From an uncultured delta proteobacterium (GTDB taxonomy: Bacteria > Desulfobacterota > Syntrophia > Syntrophales > UBA2185), in contig CAVSPA010000002.1 of the NCBI GenBank assembly GCA_963729715.1, positions 1-40,819 on the forward strand: a stretch of DNA of 40,819 nucleotides, read 5' to 3'. The notes below the pieces were generated by a model. That model was given only the letters and a program-made list of their open reading frames with translations, was not told the DNA's origin and made no database searches. The position numbers and the translations under genes were made by a program. Positions 19,672-28,806 of the stretch are shown in pieces (positions within the stretch are counted from its first letter, which is position 1; every line of letters begins with the position of its first letter).

Positions 19672-22600
19672 ATGAGCCTTGAACTCAACCTCCGCTTTCC
19701 GGACAACGATCATGTTATTGTCAACTTCGATGGCGAAGACTCCGGCGTGCTGCCCTTCACGAATCCACTCACGGCCAAGGATCGGCAGGACATCCAGTGG
19801 TACATCGAAGTTTATGGCGCCCATTCGCTCGGTGACCCGGACGATAGCGAAGCCACCCGCATTGCCTTTCAACTGCCTGCCTGGGGCAAGGCGCTCTTCG
19901 AGTCTGTCTTCCGAGAGCGCGCCGCTGCGCGGCTGTTTAATCAGTTCCAGGACAGCAAAGGCAAGGCCCGCCTCCTCACCATTAGCTCTGGCCATCCGGC
20001 TGTTCTTGGGTTGCCGTGGGAACTGCTCCACGACCCCGCGCAAGGAGGCGTGTTCCTATTCAACGAGACCCCGCGCATTAGCATACGCCGCTGTGTCGCA
20101 GGTGCTACTGGTGGCCGGCCCGCCTTCAAGCCTAAACCACGGGAACAACTGCACCTGCTGTTCGTCGTTAGCCGCCCGTTGAGCAGTGGCTTTCTCGATC
20201 CGCGTGCCGATGCTCGCGCAGTGCTCGATGCAGTAGAGCAACACGCCCCCGGTCGCTTTACCTGGGAATTTCTCCGGCCCGCTACCATTGATGCCCTAGT
20301 CTGGCGCCTCGAAGACAACACCCGCCCCCCTGTGGACATCCTTCACTTCGACGGCCACGGCGTCTTCGACCGGCACGGCGGTCTGCCGGAAGCCGTCGTG
20401 AAAGGGAAGCAACCCATTCGGTTCCCGCTAGAACAAGAGGCTTTCAAAGAGAAGGTGGCCAAGCCTACCATCTATTCGCCACCCAACACTGGCTATCTGC
20501 TTTTCGAAAAAACCGACGCCCAACCTGACCTTATCTCCGCACAACGTCTTGCTGAGAACCTCCACCGCCAAAAGGTTGCTCTCATCATTCTCTCTGCCTG
20601 CCAGACCGCCGCCCTCGGCGATAACGACGAACCGATGGGCAGCGTGGCTGCCTGTCTCACTGCGGCAGGTATTCCCGCCGTACTGGCCATGACGCACTCA
20701 GTGCTCATCCAGACCACGCGGGCTCTCTTTGGTGCGTTCTATAAGGATATTGCCCGCGGCCATGGAATCGGCGAGGCGCTGGACAACGCCCGGCGCTACC
20801 TCGTTAACCACCCGGAGAAATATGAAGTCCAGCGTGGGTCGAACCACGTGGTGCTGAAACTTTACGACTGGTTCCTCCCCGCCCTTTACCAAAGTGGCGC
20901 GGACCTGCCCTTGCTGAAGAAGTCAGAAGCAGTAAGTCAGAAGCCAGAAGTTGCTCCGCCGCGCACCAATCTCCCTGCCCGCCCCGGATCCGGTTTCTTT
21001 GGCCGTCGGCGCGAGTTGTGGGACATCGAGTGCTTGTTTGCAGACAAGACCCGACGCATCACGCTGATCGGCTTTGGCGGCCAGGGCAAAACCGCGCTCG
21101 CCCAGGAAGCCGGCCGATGGCTCGTGCGCACTGGGATGTTCCAGGCCGCCGTGGTTTTGCGCTACAACCAGATACCGAGTACCGATGCCTTGGGTGTGGC
21201 AATCAGCAACCTTGGCTCTGTATTGGGCGAGAACATCATCGATGCTAAAGCTGCTGAAGAAGCACTCAAAAAAACGTCCACGCTGTTGATCCTGGACAAT
21301 CTTGAGGCCCTGACCCAGGACTCACTCCGTGAGTTGCTCGACGCTGCTGTAGACTGGTCTGAGGCGGGCGGCTCACGTGTGCTTTGCACTACTCGCAGCC
21401 CAGATTTCGGCCATACCTGCTATCCCGCGGCAGGCACCTTCGTCCACCGGCGCATCCTCCTGGGCGGCCTGGGCCACCGTGCCATGCCCGACGACGCGTT
21501 GGAATGGTTCGGCGAGCTGATGAAACTCCCGCCCCTACCCGCCATTTCATCACCTCCTCGCGAGGCCCTCGTTGAGTTGTTTGACCGGGTGAAGTTCCAT
21601 CCGCTCTCTCTGCTTGTGCTGGCGGGACAATTGAAAACCCGTGCTCCGGACGACCTAGTTCTGCGGTTGAACGAATTGCTGGTGGTACTGCCTCTAGGCA
21701 GCCCGGCTGAGGAACCCGCTGAAGTTGGAACTATGAACATCATGCCCGAACTCGTCGCCTCCCTCCAACTCTCTCTCGATCAGTTGGACGAAGCCGCTCG
21801 CGAGGTGCTCCCGCGTCTGGGCGTGTTCCAAAGTGGCGCTATGGAGGAGAACCTGCTGGCTATTACGAAAATCAGCAAACAGGTCTGGCCTACACTGCGT
21901 CGACAGTTGGAGGCCGCCGCGCTGATCGAGGTGGAGACATTACGCGGCTTGACTGTGCCCTTTCTCCGATTTCACCCCACATTGGCCCCGATGCTTTGGA
22001 GTCAACTGGGTGCGGAGAAAAAGGCTCACCAGGGCGCCGCCCACCGCCAGCGGTATTACGTTTTCGCAGACTTCCTCCGCCAGTTAGACATCAAAAGTCC
22101 CCTCCAAGCACGGGCTATCGCGTTACGGGAGACCCCCAACCTGCTTCATGCAGTCCAAGCCGCCCTGGATGCGGGTGATCCGAAGGTAGGCGAATTCGCT
22201 GACTACGTGAATCATTTCCTTGATCGTTTGGGTTTTCTTAAAGAATCCGATGCACTTGTCGCCAAGACTCTGGCGGCGGCAGGCGAGACCGGATCGAAGG
22301 CGTGGGTGCTGGCGCAGTCGAATCGCGGTGAGCAATTACTCGTTGCCGGACGGGTGGCTGACGCGGTCGATGTTTTCCGCGCCGTGCTGGAGAAGCTAGG
22401 CGATGCTCCCAGTTACGAGCGGGCCGTCGCGTTGGGCCGCATCGGCAGGTGTTTCTCTGACAGCGGACGGCCTGATCTGGCCGCTCTGCACGCCCGCGAT
22501 TCTATCACCATCTTCGAGCAGCTTGAGCAGACGCACCAAGTGAAACGGCAGCGCGCTGTCTCTCTGGCTGATCTCGCCGACTCACTTCAGCAACAAGGCC

Positions 22601-23598
22601 AGTATGCCGAGGCGAGAAAGGCATACAAAGAGGGGCTGGAGCTTGCGAAGGAACTGAACTATCCTCGACAACAAGGTGTCATCCTCAGCATGCTCAGCAC
22701 GCTGGCGATTCGTGAGCGCAAGCTGAGCGAAGCGATGGATCTTGCCCGCGCTGCTCTGGCGATATGGCGGCAACTTGGGGAGCCGGCTATGGAAGCAGGG
22801 GCGTGGCATAATCTCGGCGTAGTCTTTCAGCAAGCAGAGCAGTGGGACGAGGCCGAGCATCACTACCGGGAGGCAGCGCGAATCAAGGAACAACAAGGTA
22901 ACTTGGCGGAGGCTGCAAAAACATGGAACAATCTGGCGTTGGTGATCTGGAGCGCCGGCAGGCCGGAATTGGCGGAGATGTGGCTTCGAAAGTCGATTGA
23001 GGTTGATCGGAAGCTCAGAAACCCCATAGAACTGGCGCCCGATCTGAGCAATCTTGCCAGCATATTGCTGGAACTCCCCGGGCGGTTAGTCGAGGCGCGG
23101 CAACTGGCGGAGGAGGCACTGGCCATTTACACGACGCTCGGCCCCGGCGCAACCCAAGTTTGGAGGATATACATCCTTCTCGCCGAGATCGCGGAGAAGG
23201 AGGCCGAAACTATTTCCGACCACCGCCTCAAGGCGGGATGTCAAACGCAAGCGCGCGAATACCGCCGCCTCGCCCGCGACGCTGAATACAACTTCACCGG
23301 AACGCGCCATGAACTTCGGCAGTTTGCTCCGCAGATCCTTGCCGTCGTTGACGCTTGTGCCGGAAAACCCGAAGCGTGCCAAGCCGTGGCCAACTTTCAG
23401 CAACAGCTTGTGCAAGCCGGAGTGGAAGGCCAGGCCCTGTCACACGCCCTTGACCGCGTACTTGTCGGAGAGCGCAATGAGAATGTGCTGTGCGAGGGAC
23501 TGAGCCAGAAAGCCGCGATGATTCTCAAAACCATCCTTCAAGCACTTTCCAACCCATCTACGCTCAAAGACCTGCTCTCGGACCAAAAGCAGGAATAA
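19672..23598 (+). CDS. CHAT (caspase-like) protease - STAND/NB-ARC ATPase - TPR protein
   Basis: LPWELL, LHFDGHG and LSACQT (His/Cys dyad); Walker A GFGGQGKT, Walker B LILDNLE, HPLSL; C-terminal TPRs (WHNLG, WNNLA). Confidence 0.92.
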   Translation: MSLELNLRFPDNDHVIVNFDGEDSGVLPFTNPLTAKDRQDIQWYIEVYGAHSLGDPDDSEATRIAFQLPAWGKALFESVFRERAAARLFNQFQDSKGKARLLTISSGHPAVLGLPWELLHDPAQGGVFLFNETPRISIRRCVAGATGGRPAFKPKPREQLHLLFVVSRPLSSGFLDPRADARAVLDAVEQHAPGRFTWEFLRPATIDALVWRLEDNTRPPVDILHFDGHGVFDRHGGLPEAVVKGKQPIRFPLEQEAFKEKVAKPTIYSPPNTGYLLFEKTDAQPDLISAQRLAENLHRQKVALIILSACQTAALGDNDEPMGSVAACLTAAGIPAVLAMTHSVLIQTTRALFGAFYKDIARGHGIGEALDNARRYLVNHPEKYEVQRGSNHVVLKLYDWFLPALYQSGADLPLLKKSEAVSQKPEVAPPRTNLPARPGSGFFGRRRELWDIECLFADKTRRITLIGFGGQGKTALAQEAGRWLVRTGMFQAAVVLRYNQIPSTDALGVAISNLGSVLGENIIDAKAAEEALKKTSTLLILDNLEALTQDSLRELLDAAVDWSEAGGSRVLCTTRSPDFGHTCYPAAGTFVHRRILLGGLGHRAMPDDALEWFGELMKLPPLPAISSPPREALVELFDRVKFHPLSLLVLAGQLKTRAPDDLVLRLNELLVVLPLGSPAEEPAEVGTMNIMPELVASLQLSLDQLDEAAREVLPRLGVFQSGAMEENLLAITKISKQVWPTLRRQLEAAALIEVETLRGLTVPFLRFHPTLAPMLWSQLGAEKKAHQGAAHRQRYYVFADFLRQLDIKSPLQARAIALRETPNLLHAVQAALDAGDPKVGEFADYVNHFLDRLGFLKESDALVAKTLAAAGETGSKAWVLAQSNRGEQLLVAGRVADAVDVFRAVLEKLGDAPSYERAVALGRIGRCFSDSGRPDLAALHARDSITIFEQLEQTHQVKRQRAVSLADLADSLQQQGQYAEARKAYKEGLELAKELNYPRQQGVILSMLSTLAIRERKLSEAMDLARAALAIWRQLGEPAMEAGAWHNLGVVFQQAEQWDEAEHHYREAARIKEQQGNLAEAAKTWNNLALVIWSAGRPELAEMWLRKSIEVDRKLRNPIELAPDLSNLASILLELPGRLVEARQLAEEALAIYTTLGPGATQVWRIYILLAEIAEKEAETISDHRLKAGCQTQAREYRRLARDAEYNFTGTRHELRQFAPQILAVVDACAGKPEACQAVANFQQQLVQAGVEGQALSHALDRVLVGERNENVLCEGLSQKAAMILKTILQALSNPSTLKDLLSDQKQE

Positions 23599-24035
23599 GC
23601 CCAGATTCTGGAGACGACCTTTCAGAGTGAAGCAGAATGTATCATGACGACAAGTATATTCACGGCCTTGGAGAGGAAGAGGGGCTTGTGAATAGTATCA
23701 CCCCTCAGTTTTTGTGCAGAGCATCTTCGGGACCAACAAACCCTTGGAGGCGACGATTGACATCGCGTTTGCAGAGTGCTTTCATCTGTTAAAGCCGTAA
23801 TCATTATTCCTCATCTCGTACAGATGGTAACGCTTTGCAGGAAACAGTGATTCCGATGGATGGATGATCTTGAAAAATCTTAATACAGCTTTTTTGATTG
23901 AAGCCTTCCTGTAACAAAGCCTCCGGAGATTTTTCCGGTATACATCCTTTCAGACTATAATTATTATTGACTGTACTAAATAATTTGAAAATTCTGTATG
24001 AAGGTGTATAGCATGACTTTAGCATGATGAGATAT

Positions 24036-24082
24036 CCGGATGTGTTAAAAAAAGCCGCGCACCGATGAGCTTTTTGTTAGGG
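24036..24082 (+). other. 3' half of an attC site
   Basis: AAAAGCCGCGCACCGATGAGC...GTTAGGG, 49 bp before a gene start. Confidence 0.5.
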
Positions 24083-24130
24083 CAATATTGATGAAGAAAA
24101 GCACCCCCGAAATACGTCTAGCAGGAGTCC

Positions 24131-24700
24131 ATGATGGATATACTTTGCCTTATTAATTTCTCAGCAAGACTCGGTCGTTTTTTGGCATCTTGGGCAACAG
24201 TGGTTGGAGTTGTCATGATATTCATTGGCTTGAAAACGATTAGAAGCAACAATTCAGTAAAAAGAATGGAATTGATCAGCAAAATATACAATCGATTCTT
24301 GAATGATGAATTATATGGATTCTATATCAGAATTCGTAACAATGAATTCATCAATTGGCAAAATGATAAAAATGATGAGCTTCTGTTAAATCAGTCTTTA
24401 ACTCTTTTTGATGAAGTGAATTATTTAAGGACCCAAAAATTATTAGATATAAAGGCATGGGAATACATAGCTAGTGAAATTCAGCATTTTGCACTTAATG
24501 ACAGTGTCTGGGATTATATGATCCAGAGGATTCGAGAATGTGGGGACAGAGGGTTCCCAGCAGAGATTATGCCTTTCACTGGATTCCCTGAACTACTTAA
24601 TGAGGTGCCGAAAAAATTTAGGGCAAATCCTTTTCCAATTGTTCCCCATAGGTATAATGCCCTTTTCAATGCGTCAGCCTCTTCCCAATCATCGTCTTAA
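24131..24700 (+). CDS. Hypothetical cassette protein with N-terminal TM helix
   Basis: AGGAG RBS; AT-rich; one hydrophobic segment followed by a soluble domain. Confidence 0.75.
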   Translation: MMDILCLINFSARLGRFLASWATVVGVVMIFIGLKTIRSNNSVKRMELISKIYNRFLNDELYGFYIRIRNNEFINWQNDKNDELLLNQSLTLFDEVNYLRTQKLLDIKAWEYIASEIQHFALNDSVWDYMIQRIRECGDRGFPAEIMPFTGFPELLNEVPKKFRANPFPIVPHRYNALFNASASSQSSS

Positions 24701-24845
24701 CGGTGCGCTTCGTCCAATGCTTGGCGCATAACTGATCTTTATACTCTGTACTATCTTTCACATGATCATCCTTGATCGGTGCTGATATTGAAAAGTGAAT
24801 GTTAGGAGGTGCTATGTACGAATGTAATATTCAAGAATTGGATTT

Positions 24846-24873
24846 TTTTAAGATAATGGTAACTTTCTTAAAA
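24846..24873 (+). repeat. dif-like 11-6-11 site, copy 4
   Basis: TTTTAAGATAA TGGTAA CTTTCTTAAAA. Confidence 0.75.
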
Positions 24874-25040
24874 ATTTGCCCTTTAAAGGTGTTTCGTTCA
24901 ATGTTTTCTTGAACACAACTTCCCAACCCACATTTGACATATCCTACAATCGAGTGTAGATTCCATTCTGTAATTCTCAACACATTAGAGTCTTTTAGAG
25001 ATCCTCCGAAATCATATAATACATAGTTCGATGCGATGAA

Positions 25041-25979
25041 ATGGTCAGTATGATTTCTCCCAAACGCCATCATTATTTGCCTCAATTTTATCTCGGAAGA
25101 TTTTGTCGAGAGGATAAATTATGGGTTTTCGATAGAGAAAAAAAAGAATTTCGACAGCAAACCCCTAATAATACGGCGGTCAAAACACATTATTACTCAG
25201 TTGAAGAGAAGGATGGGGGAAGGAGGGCAGAGATAGAGGCTATGCTGTCCCAGATTGAAAGCTACGCTAAACAAGTCATCGATAAGCTACTTGCGCGAGA
25301 AGCTTTAACAGACGACGAAAAGCAAACACTCTCCATCTTTATGGCATTTATGATGAATCGTGTTCCTGATTTCGAGAAATCAGTTAATGCAATAGAAAAA
25401 CATATGATACAGCGTGTGGCTGATATGATGTTCTCTGACGAAAAGCGTGTTCAATCAATGATGGATGAGCGAGAGAGGAAAACTGGAGAGAAGTCGGATA
25501 CATCTGCTGAAGAGTTGGTTGATTTCCATAAGAGGGGGCAATATGAAATTATCATTAACAGGAACGAGAGTTTGCGTTTAATGCTTACCACGAGCATGGA
25601 GCTATCAAAATATTTCGCATTAATGGATTGGGTCGTCTTCCACTCTTCACCAAGAACATCTTTCATCACGACAGATAATCCCCTAATTCTTGTTCCGCCA
25701 GTAGACTACAAACCTGGATTCTTTGGCGTAGGTATAATCACAGAAGGGGCACGAAAGGTTTTCCCCTTGTCTCAGGCTGCCTGTCTGATAATGTTTGATC
25801 ATGGAAATCTTCTTGAGCATCGTGACGCTGATATGACTTTGGTCCGTAAAATAAACTTAAGTCTAACAAGCCGTGCGGATAGGTTCGTAATTGGTCGTGA
25901 TGAGGCACTGGTAAGAAATTTGATTCGAACTACAAGGTTAACAGAATGGGAGCGTAAAGGGCGGATTAGCATAGGTTAA
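25041..25979 (+). CDS. DUF4238 domain protein
   Basis: KRHHYLPQFYL N-terminus, IE..LSQIE, FITTDNP and FPLS motifs. Confidence 0.85.
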   Translation: MVSMISPKRHHYLPQFYLGRFCREDKLWVFDREKKEFRQQTPNNTAVKTHYYSVEEKDGGRRAEIEAMLSQIESYAKQVIDKLLAREALTDDEKQTLSIFMAFMMNRVPDFEKSVNAIEKHMIQRVADMMFSDEKRVQSMMDERERKTGEKSDTSAEELVDFHKRGQYEIIINRNESLRLMLTTSMELSKYFALMDWVVFHSSPRTSFITTDNPLILVPPVDYKPGFFGVGIITEGARKVFPLSQAACLIMFDHGNLLEHRDADMTLVRKINLSLTSRADRFVIGRDEALVRNLIRTTRLTEWERKGRISIG

Positions 25980-26057
25980 GCAGTTGCTTCTTCCTTCACT
26001 CAACAACTTACTGGTCTTGCCGAAAGGTGTGTATTTCATCTCGTAATCATGATATAA

Positions 26058-26522
26058 ATGACACCCATGGACATGGAGGGTGACTGCAACGCCGTGGATG
26101 ATCCCAATCTTAAAATAGCTCGTGAGCACTTGGCGAAATTCGAAAGGTGCAAAGGAGAGCACATTGGTTTAAAAGAACTCGATTACGGTTTGGCGCTTCT
26201 TTACGATCTTTCAAGAGAAACCAATGATGAAGACACCGCGACTACGTGTGGAAGTTATGTTCGGACATATCAAACCATGATAGAGAAAGAGGCTACGCGT
26301 CTCCTAAAGAACAAAGATTCGATTGGAGCGGAAGAACTGTTCCATTGGTACAAGATAATGGAAGTATTTGAGGAATCTGGATTCCCGTTTTCAGATGGTT
26401 TCCATTCACTTTGGCAGGAGCTTCAACGCGAGGAAAGAGTCTTTGAAAGAGTTTTTGAAAAGCTTTTTAAAGAGGCTAGCCCTTCTATACAGCAAGACAT
26501 TCGGAAGCTGCTGAACTTGTAA
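26058..26522 (+). CDS. Hypothetical helical protein
   Basis: 154-aa ORF co-oriented with its neighbours; start uncertain. Confidence 0.6.
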   Translation: MTPMDMEGDCNAVDDPNLKIAREHLAKFERCKGEHIGLKELDYGLALLYDLSRETNDEDTATTCGSYVRTYQTMIEKEATRLLKNKDSIGAEELFHWYKIMEVFEESGFPFSDGFHSLWQELQREERVFERVFEKLFKEASPSIQQDIRKLLNL

Positions 26523-26680
26523 TTGAAAGAGCGAGCCAACCTATGGGTACAGAAAGTACGCAAGAACCGGATGAACCTTTTTACTTCCTTCCGCCTTTAT
26601 CAGGCCATCTATAACACAAAACATGGGTAAAACATGTGGACACTATAAACATATTAATTTGACACACAGAACTAGCTCTC

Positions 26681-27253
26681 ATGGCGGATCCATCTCTTTT
26701 CGGTATCGGCAAAGCCCAATGGGAATTAATCAATTCCTTTGCTAATTGGTTTGCGGCTATTGGATCGATTGCTGCGGCTGCTACCGCATTATACATTGCA
26801 AATCGCTCGGCAAGACCCACTGCTCGCGTATCTGTTGGTCACCGAATTTTGCTCGGTTCTGGAATCAAAAAACCATATCCTGAATTTGCAGTATTTCGAA
26901 TCGTCAATACGGGAGATCGCCCCATTCGAGTGAGCCAGATCGGATGGAGAACAGGACTCTTCCGCAAACGCTTTGCCATTCAGATGTATGAGCCAACTCA
27001 AAGCAGTCCATTACCGGTGGAGCTTTCCCACGGACAGGAAGCGTCATGGATGGTTCCACTTAGAGACCGAGAAGTACATTGGATAGATCGCTTCGCCAAG
27101 GACATGTTATCCCCGCATCATCGAGTATCGCTTTGGACACTTAGGGCACAGTTTTTTTCATCGGTTGGATACATATTCGAAGCCAAGCCGGAGGAAAGCT
27201 TGATGAAGCCTCTCAGAGAAGCCTGTGAAAGACTACGGAGATCTGAGAGCTAA
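26681..27253 (+). CDS. Hypothetical cassette protein (N-terminal TM plus beta domain)
   Basis: WFAAIGSIAAAATALYIA TM; stop codon inside R'' AGCTAAC; degenerate partner ACTAGCT at 26671. Confidence 0.8.
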   Translation: MADPSLFGIGKAQWELINSFANWFAAIGSIAAAATALYIANRSARPTARVSVGHRILLGSGIKKPYPEFAVFRIVNTGDRPIRVSQIGWRTGLFRKRFAIQMYEPTQSSPLPVELSHGQEASWMVPLRDREVHWIDRFAKDMLSPHHRVSLWTLRAQFFSSVGYIFEAKPEESLMKPLREACERLRRSES

Positions 27254-27292
27254 CCCGCGCATGCACACGGCCTGTGATTCTCATCGTTATAC
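27248..27292 (+). other. Internally deleted attC site
   Basis: AGCTAAC CCGCGC ATGCAC...GTGAT...GTTATAC. Confidence 0.65.
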
Positions 27293-27385
27293 TCTTTCTA
27301 TCCGAAATGACCGGGAACTGATGCAGAATGTTGCCTCGGAAATTCAATCAATATGCTTTGCAGGAGGAATGTTAGGTGACTGAAT

Positions 27386-27769
27386 ATGAACATAGGAAAA
27401 GGTTGGCTAATAATCGAGGAATCTGTCCATAAGGGCACAAAATCCCTCGTTTCCATAATTAGCCCAAAACGCACAGGCAGTTACGTCCAAAAGTACATGG
27501 AGCAAATGTATGTTGATAGGTTCGCTTCAATTGAAGAGAAAATTGCATATAAGAAAAAGCCGGAGTCGTGGCCTTATAGAGCTAATACGCAAGAACACTA
27601 CTCTGGAATTATAGATTGTGGTCATGATCCAATAATGATGGCTTACTATTGCCACAAGCTCAATCTTAAAAACGGAGTTTTAAAGTACACCTTCAAAACA
27701 CTAAAAGGTCAAACTAATGACCTTCGGCCCATATTTGAAGAAGTTGCACGTAGCATTAATGTCACCTAA
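27386..27769 (+). CDS. Hypothetical integron-cassette protein
   Basis: Preceded by GTTAGGT (27371), the exact complement of its own R'' ACCTAAC (27764). Confidence 0.85.
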   Translation: MNIGKGWLIIEESVHKGTKSLVSIISPKRTGSYVQKYMEQMYVDRFASIEEKIAYKKKPESWPYRANTQEHYSGIIDCGHDPIMMAYYCHKLNLKNGVLKYTFKTLKGQTNDLRPIFEEVARSINVT

Positions 27770-27850
27770 CAATCGGGTCCCTTGACCCGGAATACGCTCG
27801 CGGTTTTTATTTGGGCATTCCGGCCCGGCAAGTGACCCTTAGCGTTAGTC
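27764..27850 (+). other. attC site
   Basis: ACCTAAC...GGGTC...CCGGAAT...ATTCCGG...GACCC...GTTAGTC, an 87-bp imperfect palindrome. Confidence 0.85.
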
Positions 27851-27873
27851 CCACTCACAGAGGACGATCGCGT

Positions 27874-28371
27874 ATGAGCTTGCGGCAAATACCCAATCCT
27901 GGCGTTCTCGGAATCGCGGACTCCTTTCGTGAAGCGGCTCAAGCCCTGAATGAGTTCTCAGACTCACGGATGTCAGTCCCAGCCGTTGTAAATGCCGCGT
28001 TTGCCCTTGAGCTGTTCCTTAAGTCGCTAAACATTGAGTTCCGTTTTGAGGACCCGACCGAGATCATGCCAGGCGTTACCGCTTTTGGCCGCGTTCGAGA
28101 GGTGCCGCTGAAGACCGGCCATCTACCTTCAGAGCTTTTTCGCGCCCTGGACCCGACTATTCAAAGTAAACTGGAGAACCACTTCGCCCAAGCGGCCTAT
28201 CGGAACAAACCAACCACATTGATCGCGGCGTTGCAACCGTATGATGGCGTCTTTCAGGCATGGAGGTACATCTTTGAGGCGCAGGCGGGGACCATTGATA
28301 TTCAGGCTCTGCTTGAGTTGTTGCGGTTTCTGTCCGAGACGATCCACGGCTTTCCTTCCAGGTGGGCCTAA
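27874..28371 (+). CDS. HEPN-like domain cassette protein
   Basis: NAAFALELFLKS...GH...WRY pattern; ATG at 27874 with AGAGGA RBS right after attC. Confidence 0.7.
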   Translation: MSLRQIPNPGVLGIADSFREAAQALNEFSDSRMSVPAVVNAAFALELFLKSLNIEFRFEDPTEIMPGVTAFGRVREVPLKTGHLPSELFRALDPTIQSKLENHFAQAAYRNKPTTLIAALQPYDGVFQAWRYIFEAQAGTIDIQALLELLRFLSETIHGFPSRWA

Positions 28372-28431
28372 GCCTGCAATCACCAGAGCTGCGCGAAAAA
28401 CCGTGCAGGCTGGTTATTTTCAGCGTCGTGC
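28366..28431 (+). other. Degenerate attC site
   Basis: GCCTAAG...ACCAG..CTGCGCG AAAAAC CGTGCAG..CTGGT...GTCGTGC; both conserved triplets are mutated. Confidence 0.55.
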
Positions 28432-28529
28432 TTTTCAGTTCATAATCCTTACCATTTAATAAATCGTAATTGTGCGGACTCATAGGTATTAACACGTGTT
28501 GCAAGAATTCTTTCACGAATACCGATTAT

Positions 28530-28554
28530 TTTTAAGATAATTGATTTCTTAAAA
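28530..28554 (+). repeat. dif-like site, copy 5 (3-bp deletion in the centre)
   Basis: TTTTAAGATAA TTG ATTTCTTAAAA; lies between convergent genes. Confidence 0.7.
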
Positions 28555-28644
28555 ATATTTGTTTTCACGTATTGATTGTGATTGTTTAACTACAAATCAA
28601 ATATACTGTACTAAATAAAATGTTGTTAATTACCGACTGAAAGG

Positions 28645-28707
28645 GACTAACGTTCGGCTCAGGCGCACGCCGTTCGTGGCGCGTCGTCCTGAAAGCCGTT
28701 GTTCGGT
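28645..28707 (-). other. attC site (minus strand)
   Basis: ACCGAAC AACGGC TTTCAGG...CCTGAGCCGAAC GTTAGTC. R'' ACCGAAC is complementary to GTTCGGT at 31048-31042, upstream of the ATPase gene. Confidence 0.8.
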
Positions 28708-28806
28708 TGCACGCGCACTTGAACTGAACTGCCAGGAGAGACTGCAACTGGTCAAAAGTGCGGATAGTCACGGGAACGACTCATAGCATTGGTTTAACTG
28801 TAAGCC

